Shown: positions 1 through 9,390 of the stretch, piece after piece
Position numbering within the stretch: position 1 is the stretch's first letter
Layout of the letters: each line of letters begins with the position of its first letter
Assembly (NCBI GenBank): GCA_963735805.1
Contig: CAVTMK010000003.1
Span: 128,001 to 192,000 of the forward strand
Direction: 5' to 3'
Origin: an uncultured Verrucomicrobiae bacterium
Lineage (GTDB): Bacteria > Verrucomicrobiota > Verrucomicrobiia > Chthoniobacterales > UBA10450
Length of the DNA: 64,000 nt
Made by a program: the position numbers and the translations under genes
Notes under the pieces: model-generated
Told to the model about the DNA's origin: nothing
Database searches by the model: none
What the model saw: the letters and a program-made list of their open reading frames with translations, nothing else

Positions 1-363
1 ACCAAGCTGCCATTGCCGGAATTTTACAAGGAACTCGTCGAGACACAGCGCGTGCTTTCCCGCAAGCATCTCGGCTGGGAGGCGCTGCGGCACTGCGCAC
101 GGATCGTTGTCCGCCAGTTGCTTCGTGGGCAGACCAATTTCATCCGAATGCTTTGGAAGTTCGACAGCGTCTATAACCCGGAACTCCAACTCGCCGATCA
201 CCGCCAACCTGTAAAATACGAAATCAGCCTGCCACCGCCTTCCGTTACCAGCGTGGAGCGAGGCGCGATGTACATTCACAAGAATCGCGGACGAAGCGGA
301 CGACAAATCGATCATCACACGGAAGAATTTGTTAACGCAACGAGAATGGGCGTCGGCGATTGA
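1..363 (+). CDS. hpnR: Hopanoid C-3 methylase (B12-binding radical SAM), C-terminal part, 5'-truncated by window
   Basis: Frame open from base 1 (TKLPLPEFYKELVETQRVLSRKHLGW...GQTNFIRMLWKFDSVYNPELQLADH...TRMG); matches the HpnR C-terminus as I recall it. Confidence 0.8.
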   Translation, partial: TKLPLPEFYKELVETQRVLSRKHLGWEALRHCARIVVRQLLRGQTNFIRMLWKFDSVYNPELQLADHRQPVKYEISLPPPSVTSVERGAMYIHKNRGRSGRQIDHHTEEFVNATRMGVGD

Positions 364-461
364 TTACACGGTCCGCGTGAAGAATAGAATTGGAGGGCGA
401 CCGCTTCGGTTGTCGGATAGTTTGGCAGGCGAAGCGCCCGCCCTACAACTTTAATGGCTCG

Positions 462-761
462 ATGAGTGCGACGAGGAAGAAATCACCAAAGGCGCGTCGA
501 TGGTCTGGTGAAGTTACAAAGCATAGCAACGCACTCGATCTCGAGACGGACGTCTTCAGGCAAAAGGACCCACATCGCATTGCGCTGTCGTTGAAACGTT
601 CTGCCGAGCGGAGCAAGAGACGCAAAGGCACCCCATACCAATCTGCGATGTCGATGTTGAACTTTTATATTAATCGCGCCGGGAAAAATCTGCCTCAAAG
701 ACAAAAGCAGATCTTGGAGAACGCTAAAGACGCACTTCGGGAAATCTTTGGCCGTTCCTAG
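462..761 (+). CDS. DUF3175 family protein
   Basis: RRWSGEVTKHSNALDL...YQSAMSMLNFYINRAGKNL motif; ATG at 462 preferred over TTG 390. Confidence 0.8.
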   Translation: MSATRKKSPKARRWSGEVTKHSNALDLETDVFRQKDPHRIALSLKRSAERSKRRKGTPYQSAMSMLNFYINRAGKNLPQRQKQILENAKDALREIFGRS

Positions 762-871
762 GTGCAACGCGTTGTCCACAACGCGTTGGCAAAACAGATG
801 CGGCTCTGCCGCCTAACACTTGCGCCTTTGGCGATTCGTTTACCATCGTCTTCGGGAGAAGCCGATCCACC
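761..871. repeat. Palindromic intergenic element (REP/MITE-like) between convergent genes
   Basis: GGTG...CACC ends; CAACGCGTTG-TCCA-CAACGCGTTG double palindrome at 765-788. Confidence 0.55.
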
Positions 872-902
872 TTGGAGCGTTCACGGGAGTTGACTACGTT
901 TC

Positions 903-1604
903 CTAGTCCCACCCTTCTGCCAATAGAGCGCGTGTTTCTTCCACTCCTGCGCCCCAGATCTTCATCATCTCTTCGTCGTCGCGTTGATAACGCCCGCCAA
1001 AATTGCCGTCTTTGAGGTAATCCCGCAGGGACTTCGGATCGAGACGCCGCAGTTTGTTCGAATCGCTCATCGGTTTCTGCTCGCGGGGCATGTCGATCTT
1101 TGCCAAACGCGTCCACGGGAAATTTTCCATCCATGACGCGTGAGACGCGACAGAATCGATCGCTTCTACCTGCGCCCAGACCTTTGGAGCGTTCCACCAA
1201 TTATGAAATTTGACCCGCACACCCGGATGATCGGCCATCCATTCGGCAACCATCCCTTGTGCAGGCGCGTTACCACCGTGGCCGTTGACGATCAAAATTC
1301 GTTTGAACCCCTGCTCTGCCATCGCATCGAGAATGTCGCGGACGATCGACATGTGCGTTTCCAGGCGCAGCGTGACCGTTCCCGGGAACGCGCGAAAGTA
1401 CGGCGTGACACCGTAGGCCAGCACAGGAAAGACAGGCACGCCCAACGGATCCGACGCTTCGACGGCCAACCGTTCCGCCAAAATACTGTCTACGCTCAGG
1501 CTCAGGTAGGCGTGTTGTTCAGTACAGCCCAGCGGCAACACCGCGCGATCATCGCGCTTCAAATATTCTTCCACCATCATCCAGTTCATTTCGCTGATTC
1601 GCAT
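903..1604 (-). CDS. Creatininase family amidohydrolase
   Basis: LPLGCTEQH, D, NGHGGN and SHA metal-binding motifs. Confidence 0.9.
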   Translation of the reverse strand: MRISEMNWMMVEEYLKRDDRAVLPLGCTEQHAYLSLSVDSILAERLAVEASDPLGVPVFPVLAYGVTPYFRAFPGTVTLRLETHMSIVRDILDAMAEQGFKRILIVNGHGGNAPAQGMVAEWMADHPGVRVKFHNWWNAPKVWAQVEAIDSVASHASWMENFPWTRLAKIDMPREQKPMSDSNKLRRLDPKSLRDYLKDGNFGGRYQRDDEEMMKIWGAGVEETRALLAEGWD

Positions 1605-1700
1605 GCTCTAAGCTGATACGGTATTTCACGAATTCATGCAGATTTCGTAAGGATTTGATAGACGCGCATCCCTTTCACCATCCGAACTACCTGATGAATC

Positions 1701-1961
1701 ATGGAACGCGAAAAGATTATCTTCCTACGAAACCTTTTCCTGCGAGCATTTGTGGTTGGCATCCTCTTCGCTCTTTTCTACTGGCTTGCCACCTTGGCGT
1801 TATGGCAGGCCTATACCCCGTGGCTTATGGAACGTTTTAAGCTGGACGAAAAAGATTTGGGCGCGTTGACTCTGAACTTTTTTGCCAACGTTCGAATAGT
1901 GATTGTCTTTTTCTTCCTTGTCCCTGCCCTGGCCTTACACTGGACGGCCAAGAAACTCTGA
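1701..1961 (+). CDS. Small two-TM membrane protein (DUF6868-like)
   Basis: 86 aa, two hydrophobic helices, FFLVPALAL end. Confidence 0.6.
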   Translation: MEREKIIFLRNLFLRAFVVGILFALFYWLATLALWQAYTPWLMERFKLDEKDLGALTLNFFANVRIVIVFFFLVPALALHWTAKKL

Positions 1962-2069
1962 CATGTAGCCGCTGCGGACACGCGTATGGCCATCAAACCT
2001 AACGAGCGGTAACGCATTTCATCTCAAATTGGAGTTGCAGATTCGGGACGCATACGAAAAATCGATCTC

Positions 2070-2573
2070 GTGAAACTTTGGAAATGGGAACCGGAAAACC
2101 TGCCGTCGATCATACATTCAATTCGAACGGCTGTTGCGGCGACTATCTCGCTTGCGGTTGCGCGCCTATTCGGATTGCCTGAAGCGTACTGGGCTGCGAT
2201 TGCAACGCTCGTGGTCATGCAATCGACCCTCGGCGCGACTCTGCTCATTTCGGTGGAACGCGTCGTTGCTACTGCGCTGGGTGCTCTAACGGGAGCGCTC
2301 CTGGCCACCTGGTTTACCCAAAATCCCTTTGTCTTCGCCGGCGCGGTGTTTGTCCTGGGACTTTTGTGCGCCACTCTTCGCATAGAAAAAAGCGCATATC
2401 GTTATGCCAGCGTCACGCTCGCCATCATCTTGCTCATTCCGCGCTCGAACGCGGCCTGGATCATTGCGCTTCACCGCTTCTTCGAAGTCTCGGTTGGAAT
2501 CGTGGTCGCCTTGGCGTTAGCGGCTTTGTGGCCGGAGCGTCAACCCCAGTCTGTGAAAGAAAGCGCAGAATAA
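2070..2573 (+). CDS. FUSC (aromatic acid exporter) family membrane protein
   Basis: YWAAIATLVVMQ, R..T..GA and RFFEVSVG motifs. Confidence 0.85.
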   Translation: MKLWKWEPENLPSIIHSIRTAVAATISLAVARLFGLPEAYWAAIATLVVMQSTLGATLLISVERVVATALGALTGALLATWFTQNPFVFAGAVFVLGLLCATLRIEKSAYRYASVTLAIILLIPRSNAAWIIALHRFFEVSVGIVVALALAALWPERQPQSVKESAE

Positions 2574-2654
2574 ACAGTGTGGCGGCTTGTCGTGTGCAAC
2601 CTCTTTGAGTTTGAAGCCGACATCCGCCTCAGGCAGACCACTACAGACAATTCG

Positions 2655-3584
2655 TTAGCCGACGCGCACAACGCGCGGATCGTCAGGGCCCGTTGAGGCG
2701 AATTCTGGAAATTCTTGTGGATGCAGGATTCCAGCGAGGATCTCAAGACTATCGACAATACGCGGTCCCGGACGCGCGAAATACGCGCTCGCGTCCACGA
2801 GGTAAACGTCACCGGCAAGCGTCGCGGGAAGCGAGCCAAAATCAGGAAAATTGCGAAGCAACTCGTAATCGCACCGCGTCCGACTGATATCGTAACCGCA
2901 GAGAGCGAGCACCATAATTTCGGGTTGCACCTCGATGACCTGCCGCCAATCGACTTGCGTCGAGGGTCGATGCCTGCGGCCTAACGGATCATGGCCGCCG
3001 GCAATTTCCACTAGCTCGGGTCCCCAATGACCCGAGCAAAAAGGCGGTTCTATCCATTCCATCAGAAAACAACGTGGTCGATGCAAGATCCGCTGTGCCC
3101 TTCGCCGTACAATTTCCACGCGTTGGGATAGATCGGCGATCAGTTTTTCCGCGCGCTCTGGCACGCCGCACATTTCCGCGACGCGTTGAATATCATCGAA
3201 TATCTCCGAGAGGCTTGTTGGCTCCAGGTTCACCACTTGTGGCGGCCCCGGCAAGGTATCGGCAAGCCGCGCAACCGTGCCATAGCCAACTGCGCAAACA
3301 TCGCACAACTTTTGAGTGAGAATTACATCGGGCCGCAGGTCACGCAAAAGCGGCTCATCGATAGTGTAAATTGTGCCGTTGTCACGCAACGCTCTGCGTA
3401 CCCACTGATCGACTTCACCACTCGCCAAGCCAGCCTTGTGTACCGGACAATGTGTAACACGCGGCCGCACATTTGAATTTTGCGGGTAATCACATTCATG
3501 CGACACACCCACCACCTGTTCCATCAATCCAAGTGCGGCCGCAATCTCCGTTGCAGCGGGCAAAAGCGAAACGATCCGGAGCAC
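2655..3584 (-). CDS. Cobalamin/Fe-siderophore-type ABC substrate-binding protein (BtuF-like)
   Basis: RIVSLLPAATEI, VGVSHECDYP, TQ.LC.VCAV and FARPGPR motifs. Confidence 0.85.
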   Translation of the reverse strand: MLRIVSLLPAATEIAAALGLMEQVVGVSHECDYPQNSNVRPRVTHCPVHKAGLASGEVDQWVRRALRDNGTIYTIDEPLLRDLRPDVILTQKLCDVCAVGYGTVARLADTLPGPPQVVNLEPTSLSEIFDDIQRVAEMCGVPERAEKLIADLSQRVEIVRRRAQRILHRPRCFLMEWIEPPFCSGHWGPELVEIAGGHDPLGRRHRPSTQVDWRQVIEVQPEIMVLALCGYDISRTRCDYELLRNFPDFGSLPATLAGDVYLVDASAYFARPGPRIVDSLEILAGILHPQEFPEFASTGPDDPRVVRVG

Positions 3585-3706
3585 TTTTTACTGTATTCAG
3601 TTTCCAGTTACGAGAATAGGAAAACGAGTCAGAATAGGACAAAGAAGAAAAAGGGTAGGCAAGTTAAAGAATCGGATCTGGCGAATTGTGGGCGTGGGCG
3701 ATTCCC

Positions 3707-4366
3707 CTACAAAACACCAACCGCCTGCGAAATCAGCAGTACAACGATGGTGAGGGAAATCAAAATCTGGATCATCGCCAGGACTTTAGCCCAGCGCACC
3801 AACAGTGGCGCGTCGGTTGGACCAAAGGTGGAGCTTTGCGTGAAGGCGACAAACAGATAATCGATAAAGCGTGGTCGCCAGCGAACACACTCAAATTGTC
3901 CGCGTTCGTCATGCGGGATCTGCATTTGCGGAAAAAGAAAGCTTGTACTGCCAAACTTCTTTTCTTTCTGGCGCAAAGTCGGACCACCGCCGTCGAGCCG
4001 CCAGTACCAGAGCGCAAAGACGATCACGTTCGTAAGCCAGAGGAGTCCTGCTGATCGCAGCAACTGCAGTGGCGGCTCTCGATGACCAGGCAGCGTGCGC
4101 ACAAGCAGAATCACTGATCCTATAAGGGCCAGCGTGGTGATGCCATTGATGATAAATCCAAGCGTGCGATTCAGTGACTGCTTACCGACGTGATGGCTCA
4201 TCATTGTGGGCACAAGCAAAACGACGATTAGAGTCGGTATTAACCAAACCGGTCCGACCACCAGGTTGCGCGGCAGCGCCAGGTAAATTGCGCTGATCGC
4301 CAGAAAGGCCAGCACGGCCTGACCTCGCGGTTCGGGCTTGTCGATATGTTCCGGCAACGCGGGCAT
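3707..4366 (-). CDS. DUF1345-like membrane protein
   Basis: FALWYWRLDGGGP, FLFPQ, DYLFVAFTQSSTFGPTD. Confidence 0.75.
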   Translation of the reverse strand: MPALPEHIDKPEPRGQAVLAFLAISAIYLALPRNLVVGPVWLIPTLIVVLLVPTMMSHHVGKQSLNRTLGFIINGITTLALIGSVILLVRTLPGHREPPLQLLRSAGLLWLTNVIVFALWYWRLDGGGPTLRQKEKKFGSTSFLFPQMQIPHDERGQFECVRWRPRFIDYLFVAFTQSSTFGPTDAPLLVRWAKVLAMIQILISLTIVVLLISQAVGVL

Positions 4367-4538
4367 CAGCTCAGGCTATAACCAAAATCTCGCGATAAAG
4401 CTATCTCATAGGTAGGTGCATTTGCTTCCCATCGCTTTTACCAATTCAATGTCGCGCAATTGTTGACAATGCTGAATCCAAGATGGACAACCGGTGCATC
4501 CTAGCTACAGGAGACGGTCCAACCGCTGACTCGGATAC

Positions 4539-6362
4539 ATGTTTAAGCGCATTCTCAAATGGTTCGGCGCAATCGTCGCGGTCGTCGCGATCGTCATTGC
4601 AGTCTTTCTTATTAACTTAATTTGGTTCCGACCATGGAGTCTGAATCTGTTTTACGAAAAGGTTTTTGCCGAAATTCTCTTCGATCACCCTGAGATACTC
4701 TCGCAGCTCGGCTTGGTGGAGCAATTCGGCTTCACCAGTCACAACGGAAAGCTCGACGACGAATCGCCTGCGCATCAACAGCGCGAATTCGGCATGTGGA
4801 AGCGGGACCTGGCGCAACTTCACCAGTATCCGCTCGACCGCCAATCGGCTTCCCAAAAGCTTTCCACGCGCGTGTTGGATTGGTTTCTGCAAGTACAAGC
4901 TGAAGGCGAAAAGTGGCAATGGCACGATTATCCCGTTAATCAGCTCTTCGGAGTACAGAATCAATTTCCGTCGTTCATGGCGAATACGCACCGGTTGTTG
5001 AGCCGAAAAGATTGCGATTACTACGTGATGCGGCTCGATGCGTTGCCAAAGAAGTTCGATCAAGTCCTCGATGGTTTGAAGATTCGGGAACAAAAGCAGA
5101 TTCTGCCGCCACGTTTCGTCGTGGAAGAAGTTCTTAAGGAAATGACCGATTTTATCGGCAAACCTGCTTCGGAGAATATTCTGGCTACATCGTTCAAGGC
5201 CCGCGCTGCGAAGATTGATAAGTTGACCGAGGCAGAGCGGGCCAACTTTCAAGCGCGTGTGGAATCGGCAATAAGCAGCAAAGTCTATCCGGCCTACCAA
5301 AAACTGATCGATTACTTTCGTGAGATTCTGCCAAAAACAACAACTGACGATGGCGTCTGGAAGTTGCCTGATGGCGACGCGTTCTACGCCTATAAGTTGC
5401 GCGAGAATACCACCACAACCCTCCAGCCCGATGAGGTACATGAGCTTGGCCTGCGGGAAGTGGCTCGCATCGAAGGGGAAATGCGAGCAATTCTCGATGC
5501 AAACGGATTTGCCGGTCAGCCGATCGGCGAGGCGATGGACAAGCTCGCAAAGGATCCGCGTTTCCTTTATCCAAACGATGACAAAGGTCGTGGCGATGCC
5601 CTGGCGAGATACGCGGACTTGATCAAACAGGCGACCGAACGTTCATCGAAGGAATTATTTCTCACTACGCCACGCGCGAAGATCGAAGTGCGACGCGTCC
5701 CGGAGTTTAAGGAAGCAACAGCGCCGGGAGCGTATTACGATATTCCTGCCATGGATGGCAGCCGTCCCGGCATTTTTTTCGCGAATCTGCGCGACATGAA
5801 TGAAGTGCCCAAGTGGAGCATGCCGACACTCGCGTATCACGAAGGCGTGCCGGGACACCATTGGCAACTCTCCACCGCGGAGGAACTCAAAGGCGTGCCA
5901 CAATTTCGTAGAGTGCTGCCGTTCACAGCGTACTCAGAAGGCTGGGCGCTTTACTGCGAATGGCTGGTGAAACAAGTCGGGTGGTACGACAACGATCCGT
6001 TCGGAGACCTGGGACGCCTTCGTGACGAACTTTTCCGCGCAGTCCGCTTGGTTGTCGATACGGGCATTCACGCAAAGCACTGGACCCGCGAACAGGCGAT
6101 CGCTTACATGCGCGAGAAAACCGGCATGGGCGAGAAAGAAGTTAAATCCGAAATCGAACGTTACATCGTGGCGCCTGGTCAGGCGTGTGCCTACAAAATC
6201 GGAATGCTAAAAATTCAGGAATTGCGTGCGCGCGCACAGAAAGAGCTGGGAGACAAATTCGATCAGCGCGAGTTTCACGATGCCGTTCTCAAGAACGGCG
6301 CGCTGCCTCTCGAGATTCTTGACGAACAAGTAAACGATTACATTCACCACAAGAAAGCGTAG
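4539..6362 (+). CDS. DUF885 family protein (metallopeptidase-like)
   Basis: N-terminal anchor, HEGVPGHH, EGWALY, RLVVDTGIH, PGQA..YKIG. Confidence 0.92.
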   Translation: MFKRILKWFGAIVAVVAIVIAVFLINLIWFRPWSLNLFYEKVFAEILFDHPEILSQLGLVEQFGFTSHNGKLDDESPAHQQREFGMWKRDLAQLHQYPLDRQSASQKLSTRVLDWFLQVQAEGEKWQWHDYPVNQLFGVQNQFPSFMANTHRLLSRKDCDYYVMRLDALPKKFDQVLDGLKIREQKQILPPRFVVEEVLKEMTDFIGKPASENILATSFKARAAKIDKLTEAERANFQARVESAISSKVYPAYQKLIDYFREILPKTTTDDGVWKLPDGDAFYAYKLRENTTTTLQPDEVHELGLREVARIEGEMRAILDANGFAGQPIGEAMDKLAKDPRFLYPNDDKGRGDALARYADLIKQATERSSKELFLTTPRAKIEVRRVPEFKEATAPGAYYDIPAMDGSRPGIFFANLRDMNEVPKWSMPTLAYHEGVPGHHWQLSTAEELKGVPQFRRVLPFTAYSEGWALYCEWLVKQVGWYDNDPFGDLGRLRDELFRAVRLVVDTGIHAKHWTREQAIAYMREKTGMGEKEVKSEIERYIVAPGQACAYKIGMLKIQELRARAQKELGDKFDQREFHDAVLKNGALPLEILDEQVNDYIHHKKA

Positions 6363-6368
6363 GATTAT

Positions 6369-6439
6369 TGTAGCCGCCTCGCTGTGTCGAGGCGCTATCG
6401 ATGAATTTTCAAACACGGCGACACAGCGCCGTGGTTACA
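6369..6439. repeat. Inverted GTAG-type REP doublet (REPIN-like)
   Basis: TGTAGCCGCCTCGCTGTGTCGAGGCG, then an inverted copy CACGGCGACACAGCGCCGTGGTTACA; each is a hairpin with a CTGTGT loop. Confidence 0.75.
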
Positions 6440-6453
6440 ACGAAAGCAGCCCG

Positions 6454-7053
6454 GTGCGCAAGATCCTGATCACGTTTGGAATTCTCATCGCACTTGTTGT
6501 TGCCATATTGGCAGCCTGGATTTTTGGTGGACGCCAGATTTCATTGTTTCTCGATCGTTTCGGGACGATTGAAATGACCTCAGCGCGAATTAAATCGATC
6601 GCTTATGAAGGTGGCGGGACCGGCGGTATCCTTCACGTTAACGATCTTGAACTGAGTCTAAATGACCGGAATGGCCCGTCTCCCAGCGTCGGAACAACAA
6701 AAAGCGATCAGCTAGCGTTGGCAGACCAGGGAAAAGTTTTCGCTTTCGGTTCGGTGAGCTCAGAGGCCAAAAAACTCGCTACTGCTCCGCCCGCAGATGA
6801 CGATGCTTTGATCGAAATTCGTCGGAGCGTGCTCAGTTGGCCAACGCCATTTGAGCTCAATTTTATGACAGGCCAATCCCCATCATGGAAACGTCATTTG
6901 TATTATCGGTTGCTTTGGAAAAAGCCCTCCGGCGCGAAATTGGAAATGGTTTGGCGCTATGAGCAATACTTCTATCCGGGCAACGGCTGGGCAAGCGGAT
7001 TCATGACCCGCCAAGGTTCTACGGGCCTGATCCAACTGAACATCAGTCCCTGA
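6454..7053 (+). CDS. Hypothetical protein with N-terminal membrane anchor
   Basis: 199-aa ORF, hydrophobic N-terminus. Confidence 0.7.
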   Translation: MRKILITFGILIALVVAILAAWIFGGRQISLFLDRFGTIEMTSARIKSIAYEGGGTGGILHVNDLELSLNDRNGPSPSVGTTKSDQLALADQGKVFAFGSVSSEAKKLATAPPADDDALIEIRRSVLSWPTPFELNFMTGQSPSWKRHLYYRLLWKKPSGAKLEMVWRYEQYFYPGNGWASGFMTRQGSTGLIQLNISP

Positions 7054-7111
7054 AACCGGGCAGCGCCATCGAGAAACTTGTCTATCGAGCAGATAGCGGC
7101 ATCGTTTCGAC

Positions 7112-7876
7112 GTGCGACTGTCGCGCAAATTTCAAAAGCTTTTTTCCCGCGATGCGGCAGAAAGCCTTTGGGAAAACACCTGTCGCTGGACTCATCCGGT
7201 GAATTCGCGGCATATTCTGGCTGGCATCGACCGGACGGAATTAGAAAGCCTGCGAGAACGTTATCCTCACCGACCGAATGCACGGAAGATCAACGCTTAC
7301 GAAGACGCGGCATATTGGATCGGTGTAAATGTTAAGCGCGCGCAGGATCTTTGGCTCGATCGTTCTCCACCTCTTGATATCTTGGACCTCGGCTGCGGCG
7401 CCGGTTACTTTCTTTACCTCTGCCAACTTTTTGGCCATGAAGGGCTCGGATTCGACACCGATGAGGATCCTTTCTTTCACGGGACAACCAAGTTCTTCAA
7501 CGTTCGGCGCGCCATTGGGCGCATCGAACCGCAAACGCCGTTGCCCGATCTCGGAAAAACATTCGATCTGGTGACTGGTCACCGGGTCTGTTTTCACCGG
7601 CTCGCACGCGCCGAAAACGGAGACTGGCTCGAATGGACGCCCGCCGATTGGAAATTTTTTATCAACGATATCCGAACACGATTTCTCAAGCCGGATGGGC
7701 GCCTGTTGCTGGAGTTTAATCCGCGGCCGGATGGGTCTTCATTTTTTACTGACGAACTACGCGCTTTTTTCAAGTCACGGGGCGCGCGAATTTTCCGTTG
7801 GAAAGCCCTGCTGGGAGTCGACCCAAATCAACGGCCAAAGTTCAAGAAAACGAAGCCAGTGACGAGTGACAAGTGA
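7112..7876 (+). CDS. Class I SAM-dependent methyltransferase
   Basis: ILDLGCGAG, FDLV, LKPDGRLLL; the stop lies inside the heptamer array. Confidence 0.85.
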   Translation: MRLSRKFQKLFSRDAAESLWENTCRWTHPVNSRHILAGIDRTELESLRERYPHRPNARKINAYEDAAYWIGVNVKRAQDLWLDRSPPLDILDLGCGAGYFLYLCQLFGHEGLGFDTDEDPFFHGTTKFFNVRRAIGRIEPQTPLPDLGKTFDLVTGHRVCFHRLARAENGDWLEWTPADWKFFINDIRTRFLKPDGRLLLEFNPRPDGSSFFTDELRAFFKSRGARIFRWKALLGVDPNQRPKFKKTKPVTSDK

Positions 7877-7887
7877 CCGGTGACGAG
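7856..7887 (+). repeat. Tandem heptamer array, left flank of four-helix-bundle gene
   Basis: CCAGTGA CGAGTGA CAAGTGA CCGGTGA CGAG. Confidence 0.9.
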
Positions 7888-7907
7888 ATTTCAGATACAA
7901 CGTAAGA

Positions 7908-8273
7908 ATGAAAACTCAGAGTTATAAGGATCTCGTCGTTTGGAAAAAGGGAATCGTTCTCGCGAGAATCACGTACCAGCTCACGCAACGGTTTCCGTCT
8001 GAAGAAAAGTTTGGTCTGATCGCTCAAATGCGGCGTTCTGCGGTATCAATACCATCCAACATCGCGGAAGGTCAGGCACGCCACACCACTGGCGAATTCA
8101 TACAGTTCCTTTCTCACGCTGAGGGATCTGTAGCAGAGCTCGACACGCACTTCATACTGAGCACAGAGCTTGGTTTCTGCGATAGTTCCGATGCCGCGGC
8201 GGCGTTTGAACTGCTAAACGAGCTGCGTCGGATGCTGAATGTGTTGCGCCGCAAGCTGTCGGAACGCCAATAA
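7908..8273 (+). CDS. Four helix bundle protein (23S rRNA IVS protein / Avd-like family)
   Basis: SYKDLVVW, FPSEEKFGL..QMRRSAVSIPSNIAEG.AR, GS.AEL motifs. Confidence 0.93.
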   Translation: MKTQSYKDLVVWKKGIVLARITYQLTQRFPSEEKFGLIAQMRRSAVSIPSNIAEGQARHTTGEFIQFLSHAEGSVAELDTHFILSTELGFCDSSDAAAAFELLNELRRMLNVLRRKLSERQ

Positions 8274-8274
8274 G

Positions 8275-8325
8275 CTCGTCACTGGTCACTGGTCACTCGT
8301 CACCCCTCACTCGTCACTGTTCACT
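8275..8325 (+). repeat. Tandem heptamer array, right flank, inverted relative to 7856-7887
   Basis: CTCG TCACTGG TCACTGG TCACTCG TCACCCC TCACTCG TCACTGT TCACT. Confidence 0.9.
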
Positions 8326-9094
8326 ACAACTTCCAGTCCGAACAATTCCACCCTAACAGCTGCTCGACCCTTGCGATGTCTTGCTCGAAGAAATTGTATA
8401 GAAAGACCTTTTCCTCCCAATTCATCGCCCGCTCGTAGGGCACGATATTTCTATCTTTACTGCGCACCGAACGGAGTGGTTCGAGATCGAGGAACGAAAA
8501 GATATCAGTGAGCGTTTCACGCTGCTTCTCCTTAAACTCTTCAAACTTTACCGCTTTGATTTGCTCGCGCGGAAAGAATTTGAACAGACGCGTCAATTGT
8601 TGTCCGTAAAATCCTCGATCCAAATAAGCAAAGCGGCGCGCCTCAGCCGGCGGCGCACCGGCGATACGTGTTCTCTCTTCTCGAAGAGCATCGAAAAAAT
8701 CCAGCGGCTCGCGGCCTCTGAATCGTTGCATGTTCCAGTGTGCGAAGGCACGGTCGACCGGATTTCGCAGGAGAATCAGCAATTTGATTTTGGGATTGTA
8801 TCTCCAAATCCTTTCCGCCGCCCGTTCGTGGTAAATGTAACTCGGCGTGCAATCACCAGCGATGGTTGATGGACCAAGCGGTGGATAATGTCTGTGTAGT
8901 TCGTCATAATCGACGTCGCCAGCGAACAGAGCGTCGTTATCAAAAAAATGTATTTCCTGCTGATCGCCCATGTTGATGTGCGGGTGTCTGCCTAGGAAAT
9001 AATGCAACGCGGTCGTACCGGATTTTTGGGCGCCGGCCAGAATAAAGTCCAGTCGCTCAATCTTTCTCGACTTGGTCTTCCACATCGTCATCAA
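8324..9094 (-). CDS. PAPS-dependent sulfotransferase
   Basis: GAQKSGTT 5'-PSB loop, EIHFF, LRNPVDRAFAHW. Confidence 0.9.
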   Translation of the reverse strand: MMTMWKTKSRKIERLDFILAGAQKSGTTALHYFLGRHPHINMGDQQEIHFFDNDALFAGDVDYDELHRHYPPLGPSTIAGDCTPSYIYHERAAERIWRYNPKIKLLILLRNPVDRAFAHWNMQRFRGREPLDFFDALREERTRIAGAPPAEARRFAYLDRGFYGQQLTRLFKFFPREQIKAVKFEEFKEKQRETLTDIFSFLDLEPLRSVRSKDRNIVPYERAMNWEEKVFLYNFFEQDIARVEQLLGWNCSDWKL

Positions 9095-9209
9095 TCAAGG
9101 ACGGCTAACCGCATTGCGCAATCGATCTCCGCTTATGTGAGAAACACGCGGTGCTGACATTGTCGAACTTTTTGTAACCGCCAGGTTCGGTTCCTTGTCT
9201 TAGGTAACG

Positions 9210-9390
9210 ATGGCTGCTGCCTTCAAGGTCTTCACACGCGGGACGTTGACGTTCTTCGAGATTACAATCGTCGTTTTCTTCATTGCCTCACTTGTCGCAA
9301 TGGCTGCAGTCAGTTGCCTGACGGCGCGGAAAAGAAACCGTGCGCTCGAAATTCCAAGGGCGCTTACTGATCGGTTTCGCGCCGACCCGC
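9210..9390 (+). pseudogene. Degenerate prepilin-type N-terminal fragment
   Basis: RGTLTFFEITIVVFFIASLVAMAAVSCLTARKRNRA resembles GFTLVEIMIVVAIIALLAAIAVP.F..ARKRS. Confidence 0.45.

Noticed and set aside
7908..8273. Diversity-generating retroelement (Avd-like gene)
   Set aside because: No reverse transcriptase and no TR/VR pair differing at adenines seen in the window.
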